A DNA stretch of 64,000 nt from Eledone cirrhosa (Eukaryota): assembly GCA_964016885.1 (NCBI GenBank), contig OZ024740.1, forward strand, positions 228,780,001 to 228,844,000, in the 5' to 3' direction. Below the pieces are notes generated by a model that did no database searches, was not told the DNA's origin, and worked only from the letters and a program-made list of their open reading frames with translations. The position numbers and the translations under genes are program-made. Of this stretch, positions 44,672 to 54,774 are shown in pieces; positions within the stretch are counted from its first letter, which is position 1; every line of letters begins with the position of its first letter.

Positions 44672-45263
44672 GTGCTACTGGTAACATGTATCCCAGTACA
44701 ATCTGTCTCATGGTCGGGTCGTTGGCGACTAAACTGGCAACCCCACCAAGGTTTCTTGGTGAAGAGGGTGACTTTGGACATCCTGCAGGACTAAAAACAA
44801 AACCTGTCAAAGGTCAAAGGACCTCTTAAGAGTCAATGGCCATCCAAAATCACCGGGAGAGATGACCCCTTAGCCTTTGTCAAGGCAGAATTCTAGGAGA
44901 AGGAAAACTCTGATATAACACCTGCAACCCTGATGGTATCCAATGATGTTGACTTGTTCTTCTTTTTGGTAAATATCATCTTGGTTAAGAGAGTGGGACT
45001 GGCTTTGTGCAGTGCCTTTGCTCACTATAAAAGCTTCACGGCACAGGCATTGCTTTATATCTGGAAATCTCTCTGCACTTGTCGTCACATGGTACCATGG
45101 GCCCAGCATTATGTGTCAATAATCGTCACAAGTGTAGTGTTTGTACCAGAGTTTTCAAGTCGCTGGCTGGACTCAAAAATCACACTCGTTCAGCGCATCG
45201 GTAGGGATTCTCCTACATGGATATAAAGTAGTGGCCGTACTCGAAAACGAGTTCGCAGCCACC
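44672..45263 (+). mobile_element. Non-autonomous bipartite RTE derivative (5' head + 3' ZnF tail), copy 1
   Basis: RTE 5'UTR-type motif tctaggagaaggaaaactctga. 45118-45204 encodes CSVCTRVFKSLAGLKNHTRSAHR*. Terminus tggccgtactcgaaaacgag..gcagccacc(atgt)n resembles 16331-16362. Second copy at 61333. Confidence 0.75.
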
Positions 45264-45844
45264 ATGTATGTATGTATGTATGTATGTATGTATGTATGTA
45301 TGTATGTATGTATGTATGTATGTATGTATGTATGTGTGTGTGTGTGTGTATGTATGTATGGTAATATAACTCCTGATAAAGTCGTTGGGGCGCCATACTG
45401 TGCATTTTGTGCATTTTAAAACTTGGCAGAGCCCATCACCTCTCCGGGTTTGAATACGGCAGATCTCTTCCAGAGAAGGATAGAATGCGATAGATAGAAG
45501 CGAGAAAGAGATAAGACGAAAAATCGACCCAGATACTAGACTGGTATTTATGTTATCGACCTCAGCGAGGTTTGAACTGAGAGAACAAAGAGCCGGAGTG
45601 AATACTGTAAAGCATTCTATACTGCATTCTAACGACTCCGTCAACTCGCCACCTGTTTGGTAGGTGTAGACATCTATAAAAATAACAATGATGTATTATC
45701 TTCAGTGGAAATAAACAGATAAGCGTGTCATTTGTATAAAATACGTTACTTGAGAGCGAATCATTTAGTTCAAGTGCAATACAGATTCTTGCTGTGTGAC
45801 ATTGAACTTTACGTAGATAAGTACATAAATATGTACTTACGTAC

Positions 45845-45875
<31 letters not shown>

Positions 45876-46003
45876 TGTATGTATGTATGTATGTGTGTAT
45901 TATTTACGTATGTACGTATGTACGTATATACGTATATACGTACGGATGTATGCATGTATGAATATATATTTATGTATGTATGTATATAAATATATATACA
46001 TAT

Positions 46004-46740
46004 AATTGTATGGCTTAGAATTAGTAATAACTTTCCATTGAATGGAGTAATCCACGCCTGTGTCCTTGGGGGACCATATGGGGTTCGCGCGCTTCGTGGA
46101 CGTTCGTTTGTCCGGGTATCTGAAAGTCGACAGATGATACAGGAAACGTTCTTTAGACTGGCTCTCCGCCATACCTACATAGGATTTGACCTCTTGTTTT
46201 GTTGATTTGGTCGGTTAGAAGTGACCACAGCTTCGTAAATTACAGTGGGTGTGTTACATTGTTGTTGAAGGGGACAAACTTCTGGCCTTCGACAAGAGCA
46301 TCCTGGTGGGGTTCTGCTCTTAGGGTTGTTGGTGATGTGGGGCTTCATATTCTTAGCGCAGGAGTACCCTAGTTTCACCCTGTTTCTGTTAAAGATATGT
46401 ATGACCTATGAGGAAGTGTCTATCTGAGAGAGCTAAAAAATCTTTTACCTACATTAGTTTTAACGTTGAGTGAGAAGTGGGGGAGGAGAACCAAATTATT
46501 TTTCTGTTAGCTCGATTTCTTTTCCTATTGTTGTTGGCGTTAGTAGGGGAGTAAGCAATTGGTTGCGAGAAGCCGCTGTTAGCTAACACCGCCTTGTAGT
46601 AGGGTGCCGCTCTGTCAAAGATTGTTTTATTAGAGGAGAGGTCAGAGATTCAAACAGTATTTGACAGAGCGGCACTCTACTACAACGCAGCGTTAGCTAA
46701 TCGCAGCTTCTCACCACCAATTGCTTACTCCCCTACTAAT
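46004..46740 (-). pseudogene. Penelope-like element remnant (GIY-YIG) with 5' inversion
   Basis: RKIIWF..PHFS.NVKTNVGK; KLGYSCAKNM..CSCRRPEVCPLQQQC....VIYEAVV; YVGMAE..KERF..HLSTF; IQWKVI...KPYN. Inverted duplication 46540-46619 / 46660-46740. Confidence 0.85.
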
Positions 46741-46912
46741 GCGTTGCTCCGGACGGCGAACGATCTCTACGACAGCATCAACCTTGCCTCCAAAATGTGT
46801 GACGTTGTGTCCAGATTAAATCATTATTTAATGGCTTCACACTTATTTATGTATAAATGTACTTAAATATCCACAGTAAATGCGAAAATCCATAACAAAT
46901 AATAATAATAAT

Positions 46913-47094
46913 GGTTTCTACTATAAGCACAAGGCCAGCAATTTGAGGGAAGGGTACTTTATTTTATCGATCCCGTACGGATGAAAGGGAAAGCTAACCC
47001 CGGGTGGGATTTGAACAGAGAACGTAAAGGGCCTTAATTCTATGCCACTAAGCATGTTGTCTGACGCTCTACCGATTCTGCCAATCCATCGCCC
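46913..47094 (-). mobile_element. SINE family A
   Basis: Consensus match; AAT repeats on both sides. Confidence 0.8.
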
Positions 47095-47107
47095 TAATAA
47101 TAATAAT

Positions 47108-47443
47108 GATTTCATTTATTAGCCACAAGGGCCGACATGTAGGGGACAACACAAAGACAGGGACAGTGGGGGTTTACAATAAGGTCGAGTAAAAGTGCAC
47201 AATGGCAAGACTAATTTAACAATGAAAATATAAAAAATATAAAATTAACTAAGCATAAATATAACAAAATAAATTCCCCTATAGGGGGTGGACGACCCAG
47301 GGGTGACTCAGGTACCCCACCAATCCTGAACCACCCTGCGCTTCTAGGGCACCCAGGGAGAGCACCCCTCTCCTCAAGTTAGCTAGCCTATAGGTGCATG
47401 GTCAGAGTAGGCCCATTCACACGGGCCATTCTCGCCACATTCA
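47108..47443 (-). mobile_element. Tx1-type LINE 3' end in (AAT)n
   Basis: NVARMARVNGPTLTMHL* plus 3'UTR; near-identical to 7535-7900. Confidence 0.88.
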
Positions 47444-47496
<53 letters not shown>

Positions 47497-47498
<2 letters not shown>

Positions 47499-48081
47499 GC
47501 CCAGACTCACTATAAGGGCTGGAGACATGATGTGATGAGGCAGGGTGATCCACTGGCACCTATGCAAAGTAAACAATTTACCACATTCTGAGAAGTGGTA
47601 TGAGCATAAGCCAGAGTCGGTGATAGAAAACGATCAGGTGAAGGTGCTATGGGATTTTAGGATACAGACGGACAAGAAACTGGAACACAATAGACCTGAC
47701 CTGGTGGTTGTGGACAAAGAAAAAAGATCGCGCCTGATTGTGGATGTGGCCTGCCCATTCGACACGAGAGTGCAAGAGAAGGAGAGGGAGAAAATTAACC
47801 GATACCAGGACTTAAAGTGGGAGGTAAAAAGGATTTGGAACTGCCATGAAGTCAAAGTGGTCCCGATTGTCATAGGCGCACTAGGTACTATCTCAAAAAG
47901 TTTCCAGGGATGGTTAAAGAAAATTGGCCCCTTTCACGCTTTTTGGAACGCTTCAAAAGGCATGCTTGCTGGGAACAGCAAGAACCTTCCGATACGTCCT
48001 GAATATCTGAAGCTGCAGGTAATGGCTTGATATTCATTTCAACAAACTTTCCAGTTAAATAAAATCAATGACTGAGACTCA
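47497..48081 (+). mobile_element. R4/Dong-type LINE, short 3' copy
   Basis: RHD..., KVLWDFRIQTD..HNRPDLVVVD..IVDVACP..EKINRYQDL..PIVIGALG. Near-identical to 50715-51301. (AAT)n flanks. Confidence 0.92.
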
Positions 48082-48104
48082 AATAATAATAATAATAATA
48101 ATAA

Positions 48105-51100
48105 TTGAATAGAACTGTTATGCAATGTAACCTGAAGAGTAACCCCAAGGAAAAAGGCTATAGGAAACGGATGCATAACATCTGGAACGAGATTTGTCTA
48201 TTTAAATTAGATGAACAAAAATTGGCCGGGCAGGCTCGGGTAATAAGAACTAATGGGTGGATAAGCGAGCTGGAACTGGAGGAACTGAGCAGAGAGATTG
48301 GGTTGGAAATGGAGAGTGGAGTATGCCAGGCAAACGAGCCAGTGGGAAATGAAGGTGAAGAGGTCGAGAGAACGGAGGAACCATCCGAAGCAGACAATGA
48401 TCTGAATGATGAAATAAATAATACCTGGAACAAAGATACGGCCATTGAGGAAATGAATGCTGACGGGCTAGTAGAAGATTTGGTTGATATCCTAAACTTA
48501 GTGGTAGATGAAATGAACAATGATAGTGGGAAACCTATGAACCTAAGATTTGTAGACAGGAAAAAGTTAAAAGAAACAGCTAAGGTAAACAAAGTCATCC
48601 CATACCTTGAGGCGAGGAGCCTTCACCAGTGCAACAATATCCTCAAAGCAACAGCAAATGCGGCGAGGAAATTACTTGGCATAAAAGCGAGAGGAACCAA
48701 CAAACAAGAAAGACCTGAACCATGGTGGAAGAAACGACTGAATGGTCAAATCAGGGAAATGATGTATGACATTGGAAACCTTGAGTCCCTACTGAATGGG
48801 AGACTAAAAAACATAGACACTAAAAATAGACTGGAAATAAAGTACAAAACTAGGAGGAAAAGGCTAAATATTATCATAGAGGAACTGAAGCAACGCATTG
48901 TAGCAAAGAGTGCAAAGCTTAGGCGATATGAGAGTAGAGTCAGTCAGTATAGACAGAACCGCATGTTTGACAACAACCAGAGGATGTTGTTTGGACAGCT
49001 TGAAGGGAAAGAAAGAGGCAACGACTTGATCCCTGAGGCGGAACAGACTAAGCCATTCTGGAGAGGAATATGGGAGCAGGATGTTGAACATAATGATCAG
49101 GCAGTGTGGATTGAGACAGTACAAAAGGAGATTAGTGAACAGGCACACCAACAAGCTGATTTGAGTATCACAGTTGAAACTCTTAAAGGGCAGGCTAAAA
49201 AACTAACCAACTGGAAATCACCAGGCCCAGATGGTGTGCAGGGGTATTGGATTAAACATATAACATCCCTCCACCCAAAACTGACAACCATGTTCAATGA
49301 CTGCTTGATGTCAGGTGAGGTACCAGGGTGGTTGACAAAAGGTACCACAGTTCTGGTAATGAAAGACCGAATCAAGGGTAAATCAATGATGTTACCAACT
49401 ATAGACCTATCACATGTCTGTCCATAATGTGGAAACTGTTGACAAGCTTTGTGTCTGAGGAAATCTACCATCACCTCCACACAAACAACTTGTTACCGGA
49501 CGAACAGAAAGAATGCCGAAAGAAGTCCCGTGGTACAAAGGACCAGTTACTTATTGATAAGATGGTAATGAGGAATTGCAAGAGGAGACATACTGGTCTT
49601 GCCATGGGATGGATAGACTACAAAAAGGCATTCGACATGGTACCTCCTTCTTGGATAACCAAAAGCCTAGAGATCTTCTGGGTGGCAGATAACATCAGAC
49701 AGTTATTGAGCAAAAGTATGAAGTCCTGGAAAACAGAGTTAACATCGGGTGGAGAATCCTTGGGAGGCGTGAAGATCAAGAGAGGTATCTTCCAGGGAGA
49801 TAGTTTGTCCCCTCTGTTGTTTGTCCTTGCCCTGATACCCCTGACCATTATACTGCGAAAAGTGAGAGCAGGATACAAGTTGGGAAAAGGAGAGCTTACC
49901 ATCAATCACCTCCTCTTCATGGACGATCTTAAGCTCTTCGGGAAGAGTGAGAAGGAATTGGATATGCTTGTTGACACTGTCCGTATTTTCAGCAATGATA
50001 TATGTATGCAATTTGGTATTAGTAAGTGTGGAGTCCTAAAAAGGGGTAAATTGAGCAGAAGCAACGGAATCCAGGTACCAACAGGTAAGATGATAAAGGA
50101 AATTGACACTGAAGAAGGATACAAATATTTAGGTGCTCTGGAGGCAGATGACATTAAGAACAAAAAAAAAATGAAACGGAATGTTACTGAACAAAAAGAG
50201 ATGGATAGGAAAACTAGGAAGCTATTGACTATCTACAACATGTTCGTTCCACAAGAGGAATGATTTCGATAGACTCTACTTAAGGAGATCTGAAGGTGGA
50301 AGAGGTCTTATCAGCATAGAGGACTGTGTTCAGATGGAGAAAAACAACCTACACAAATACGTGACTGACAGTAGGGAGCTAATGCTCAGAATTGTACTGA
50401 AGGAGAGGACAATAGACCAGGGGATGTCCAAGGAGGAAATAACAACAAGGAGGAAGAGCAATCTTCATGAAAATCCCTTCATAGTACCTTCTTTGAGAAA
50501 ACTGAATTTAGAGATCCACAGACATGGAACTGGTTGAAAAGAGAAGACCTTAAAAAGGCTTCAGAAGGAATGCTAATGGCTGCGCAACAGCAGGCCCTCA
50601 AAATGAAGTGGGTGAAACGCCATATTTACAAGGAGGAAGCTAGCCCACTGTGTAGGATCTGTGGAGAGAGAGAGGAGACTGTGGCTCACATTGTATCCGA
50701 GTGTAAACACCTAGCCTAGACTCACTATAAAAGCTGGAGACATGATGTGATGGGCAGAGTGATCCACTGGCACCTATGCAAAGTAAACAATTTACCACAT
50801 TCTGAGAAGTGGTATGAGCATAAGCCAGAGTCGGTGATAGAAAACGATCAGGTGAAGGTGCTATGGGATTTTAGGATACAGACGGACAAGAAACTGGAAC
50901 ACAATAGACCTGACCTGGTGGTCAGGTCTATTGGACAAGGAAAAAAGATCGTGCCTGATTGTGGATGTAGCCTGCCCATTCGACACGAGAGTGCAAGAGA
51001 AGGAGAGGGAGAAAATTAACCGATACCAGGACTTAAAGTGGGAGGTAAAAAGGATTTGGAACTGCCATGCAGTCAAAGTGGTCCCGATTGTCATAGGCGC

Positions 51101-51301
51101 ACTAGGTACTATCTCAAAGAGTTTCCAAGGATGGTTAAAGAAAATTAGTACAGCCCCGCTTTTTGGAACACTTCAAAAGGCATGCTTGCTGGGAACAGCA
51201 AGAACCCTCCGATACGTCCTGAATATCTGAGGCTGCAGGTAGTGGCTTGATATTCATTTCAACAAACTTTCCAGTTAACTAACATCAATAACTGAGACTC
51301 A
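48105..51301 (+). mobile_element. Near-full-length R4/Dong-type RLE non-LTR retrotransposon, inactivated
   Basis: N-terminal GYRKRMHNIW..EQKLAGQARVI; WKSPGPDGVQGYW; NYRPITCL (frameshift ~49385); RT motifs [37 protein letters not shown]; internal deletion ~50190; GGRGL; CCHC CRICGEREETVAHIVSEC; stop at 50717; RLE domain; (AAT)n at both ends. Confidence 0.93.
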
Positions 51302-51303
51302 AA

Positions 51304-51352
<49 letters not shown>

Positions 51353-51361
51353 TAATAATAA

Positions 51362-54345
51362 TGATTTCTTTATTAACCACAAGGGTTTACATAAAGTAGA
51401 CATTAAGGACAGTGCAGGACAATGCAGGACGGTACAAATGGGCATTTCTGCGTGTAAAAAACAAAAACAGAGGATGTAACAAAAAATAACAATGAAAAAT
51501 TCCCCAATAGGGGGGAGACTTCGGAGGGACATTTGTGGAGAAAGCCCAGTAAAAAGCCACAATGACCCTGACCACCAAGGCAAGTGCCCTCTCCCAGTTT
51601 TCCACCTTTAATTTACAGATATATACTCAGAGTAGGCCCATTCACTCAGGCCATTCTTGCTTCTCTCACCCATCTTTCAACAAAATGCTGGGAAGAGAGC
51701 ACTTCCCTCTCTACTCTGATTTTCCTTTTCAAATGAAATTTGAAAAAGTCAATCAGAGCATCACCGAAGAGGTAAGTGCTCGTCTTCAGGCCTTTCAAAC
51801 GCCTCCACCACACTATCTCTTTCGCCATGGCCACGAGACAGATAAAAACTGCCTGCCCTTCCCGTCTAAAGGAGGAGGGCGGGGCAATCCTCACGATGGA
51901 CTCAGATGATAGCCGCATCCGTCCTAAACGCGACAGCAGGTGTTCGACATAAACCCACAAGTCAGCAATTTTCGGACACTGGACGAGTGCGTGCAGGACG
52001 GTTTCGTCGCCCTGTGCGCATCTCGGACATGCCCGGCTGACGGCACCTCCATGCCTGTAGAGTTTATCCCGAACTGGCAAGGCTCCTCGGTAGCACTGCC
52101 AGGCCAGAGATTTCTGGAAGTTGTCCATAGGCCCTGGCCCGAAAGTTCTCCCGAAGAGATTGGCTAGTTGATTTTCGTCGACGCCTAGAGTTTCCCCAAG
52201 TACGTCGTCGCTCTTCCCCTCCACTAATCCTCTATAGAACGCCGAGGTGGAGTTTCCACCGATCACATTGCCCGATTGGTCGAGGGCTGTGAACGCCTGA
52301 AGACATTCCAGTCTCCAGGCGCTCCCTCTCGGTCTTCGCTTGACCCAGGACTGCAGCTCCGTCAAGGAAACGAGCTGGGGAAATACGTGTCTAGCAAACC
52401 GCGACCACACCTGATCACCGTCGAGGAAGAGGTGGAGATGTCGTAGCCTGAGCGCGTGCCTGCGCATCATCAGCCACGGCATGCCCAGCCCTCCACGTAG
52501 CGGGTGTTGACAACAGATGGACCGCCTGACCATCGGAGCGCGTCCCTTCCACAAAAAGCGAAAGAGCAAACGCTCCAGCGCAGTCAGGCGAGGCTTAGGA
52601 CAAGGTACGACGGTCAGGCGGTAGCAGATGACAGACGCGATGTACGCGTTAGCCACCTCCGCTCGACCTTTCAGGGATAGCTTCCTCTCCGCCCATTTCT
52701 GGGTGAGAGAAGCCACCCTGCTCGTCACCTCGTCCCAGTTTTTGTCCGTCTGGAGGTCCGGACCGAACCAGACCCCTAGCAATTTAACCGGTCCGTCCAT
52801 CCAGCGTCCGACGACGCTGTTGGACGGCATGGACCTGCCTCTCCAGGTGCCGAGCTGCAGGCCCACTGACTTTTCCTGGTTGATCATTGCTCCTGTCACT
52901 GCTTCGTATTCTCTTAGTGTAGTGCCGATCGCCTCGATGTGTTTGGCGTTCGACACCACTACGGTGACATCGTCCGCATATGCTGACACGGATCTTCCGC
53001 ATCCTAGTTCGCGCGGGACGCCCCTCAACGTCTCCAGTTTGTGCAGTAATGGCTCGAGAGTCAATACGTACAAGAGGGACGAGAGAGGACATCCTTGGTG
53101 GACCGAGCGCATGATGTTGAACGGTTCCGACAGGTGACCGTTCACTCTCACCGCAGAGCAGATGTCGCTGTGCATGGCAGCGATCCAGCCTCTGAAGACG
53201 GGCCCAAAGCCAGCCGCCCTCAGGACTGCCGCTAGGTAACGATGGTCGACGCTATCGAAAGCTTTCGACTGATCTAAATTGATCAAGGACCCACCCGTGT
53301 CAGGTTCCTTAGCTACCCTCTCTACGATGTATCGCATGAGGTGGAGGTTGTCGTGGATGGATCTGTCGGGAATGGCGCATGTCTGCGCCTCTCCCACCAG
53401 ACCACCAACGACAAGCGCCAACCTCTTTGCTAGCACCTTGGCCAAAATCTTGAACTCTGTGTTTAGCAGAGTTATGGGCTGGAAATTATCTATGTTATCC
53501 CCCTTGTTCGGATCCTTTCTCAGCAGTGCCACCGCTCCTCGGCTCACAGAACTGGGAATTCTCCCGTTCTGTTGCCAGTTGCAGTAGGCGTCCGCCAAGA
53601 GGCCTCCGAACAAGTCTGGCATCTGTACGTAAAGTTCATAGGGCAGACCATCCAAACCAGGCGATTTACCCCTTGTGCAGCCAGTCATTGCCTCCCTTAC
53701 TTCAGCGGCTGTTATCGGCTTTTCGCAACACTTCGCCTCAGTGGCCGAGAGCCGCGGCAGTCCGTCGAGGTAGACACTAAAGTCCATCCCTCGACCCGGC
53801 CCACCGCTGCCCCCGAACAGCTGAGTGAAGTGTCGCTGAAAAGCTTCACACATTTGCCCGGGATCGAGTAGCATGCGCCCGTCGTGGTCCACCAAAGACC
53901 GGATCGTGTCTTTGTTGCCACGATGCGCCTCCGCCACTCGGGCCCAATGAATGGCTTTCGTCCCCTCGTGTCTGAGAGCACGCACCCTAGCTCTGACAAC
54001 GCAGCCTTCGTGCTTTGCATTGAAGAATTGGTCAAGGGCCAATTTCGCCGCAAGCACGTCGGTCGCAATGCCTTTGCTAAGCGCCTCGTCTAATTTTCTA
54101 ACTAGTTCTCCCTCTGCTCTATTTTTCTCTATTGCTAAAGCCTTACTAAACCTAATGGATTCTATTCTAATCGCTCTTTTCAGAGCAAACCACCACTTGT
54201 TGTTGACGATGGCCCCCGTCAACGTCCGCTTAACTAGTTCGCTAATCCGGTCTCTGTAGGCCTTTCGCGCTGGTAAGGACGCGTTTAGCTTCCAGTAGCC
54301 GGGTCCTCGTCTATGAAGCCTATCTAAGTCAAGCACACAGATCAC
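51362..54345 (-). mobile_element. Tx1-type LINE, 5'-truncated just after the APE domain
   Basis: The 3'UTR ends ggttaataaagaaatc(att)n; the 5' junction is in (AAT)n. Confidence 0.92.
51646..54345 (-). CDS. ORF2 portion: reverse transcriptase + zf-RVT (899 codons, no endonuclease, no true start)
   Basis: GPGYWKLN, KSPGLDGLP, PITLLNTEFKILAK, LDQSKAFDSVDH, QGCPLS, AYADD, CPRC..ETVLHALVQC. Confidence 0.9.
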   Translation of the reverse strand: MICVLDLDRLHRRGPGYWKLNASLPARKAYRDRISELVKRTLTGAIVNNKWWFALKRAIRIESIRFSKALAIEKNRAEGELVRKLDEALSKGIATDVLAAKLALDQFFNAKHEGCVVRARVRALRHEGTKAIHWARVAEAHRGNKDTIRSLVDHDGRMLLDPGQMCEAFQRHFTQLFGGSGGPGRGMDFSVYLDGLPRLSATEAKCCEKPITAAEVREAMTGCTRGKSPGLDGLPYELYVQMPDLFGGLLADAYCNWQQNGRIPSSVSRGAVALLRKDPNKGDNIDNFQPITLLNTEFKILAKVLAKRLALVVGGLVGEAQTCAIPDRSIHDNLHLMRYIVERVAKEPDTGGSLINLDQSKAFDSVDHRYLAAVLRAAGFGPVFRGWIAAMHSDICSAVRVNGHLSEPFNIMRSVHQGCPLSSLLYVLTLEPLLHKLETLRGVPRELGCGRSVSAYADDVTVVVSNAKHIEAIGTTLREYEAVTGAMINQEKSVGLQLGTWRGRSMPSNSVVGRWMDGPVKLLGVWFGPDLQTDKNWDEVTSRVASLTQKWAERKLSLKGRAEVANAYIASVICYRLTVVPCPKPRLTALERLLFRFLWKGRAPMVRRSICCQHPLRGGLGMPWLMMRRHALRLRHLHLFLDGDQVWSRFARHVFPQLVSLTELQSWVKRRPRGSAWRLECLQAFTALDQSGNVIGGNSTSAFYRGLVEGKSDDVLGETLGVDENQLANLFGRTFGPGPMDNFQKSLAWQCYRGALPVRDKLYRHGGAVSRACPRCAQGDETVLHALVQCPKIADLWVYVEHLLSRLGRMRLSSESIVRIAPPSSFRREGQAVFICLVAMAKEIVWWRRLKGLKTSTYLFGDALIDFFKFHLKRKIRVEREVLSSQHFVERWVREARMA

Positions 54346-54375
54346 GAATAATAATAATAATAATAATAATAACGA

Positions 54376-54551
54376 TGATTTCTAATTTAGGCACAAGGCC
54401 AACTAAATCGGCGCCAGGTTTTGACTGGTACTACATTTTATCCAATCCGGAAGGATTCAATGCAAAGTTGACCCTGGCAAGAACGTAAAGAAGCGGAACA
54501 AATACCGCAGAGCATTTTGTTCGATACTGCAGATTCTGCACATTCACCGCT
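54376..54551 (-). mobile_element. SINE family A-related copy whose tail is the (AAT)n at 54347
   Basis: atttctaatttaggcacaaggcc..actggtac..caaagttgacc..ttcaccgc. Confidence 0.65.
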
Positions 54552-54673
54552 TTAAATAATATATTAATGATTTCGTATATTTACACCAAAGACGCCGGAT
54601 AAAGGGGAGATAACAACGAGAGGTTATGTAGAGTATTGAGATTTACATAGCAATCCAGTTGTAAATAACTTTG

Positions 54674-54767
54674 TACTCTCGTCTCCCAAATAAAAAGGGG
54701 TGGGTGGAATAAGTGGAGAAGTTGGGATAAACGGAGGGGGTGGGGGATTATTCGAGACCCAAGAGTG
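54674..54767. mobile_element. ~95-bp MITE
   Basis: TIRs tactctcgtctcccaaataa / ttattcgagacccaagagtg; related to 19243-19639. Confidence 0.5.
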
Positions 54768-54774
54768 GTTATCT

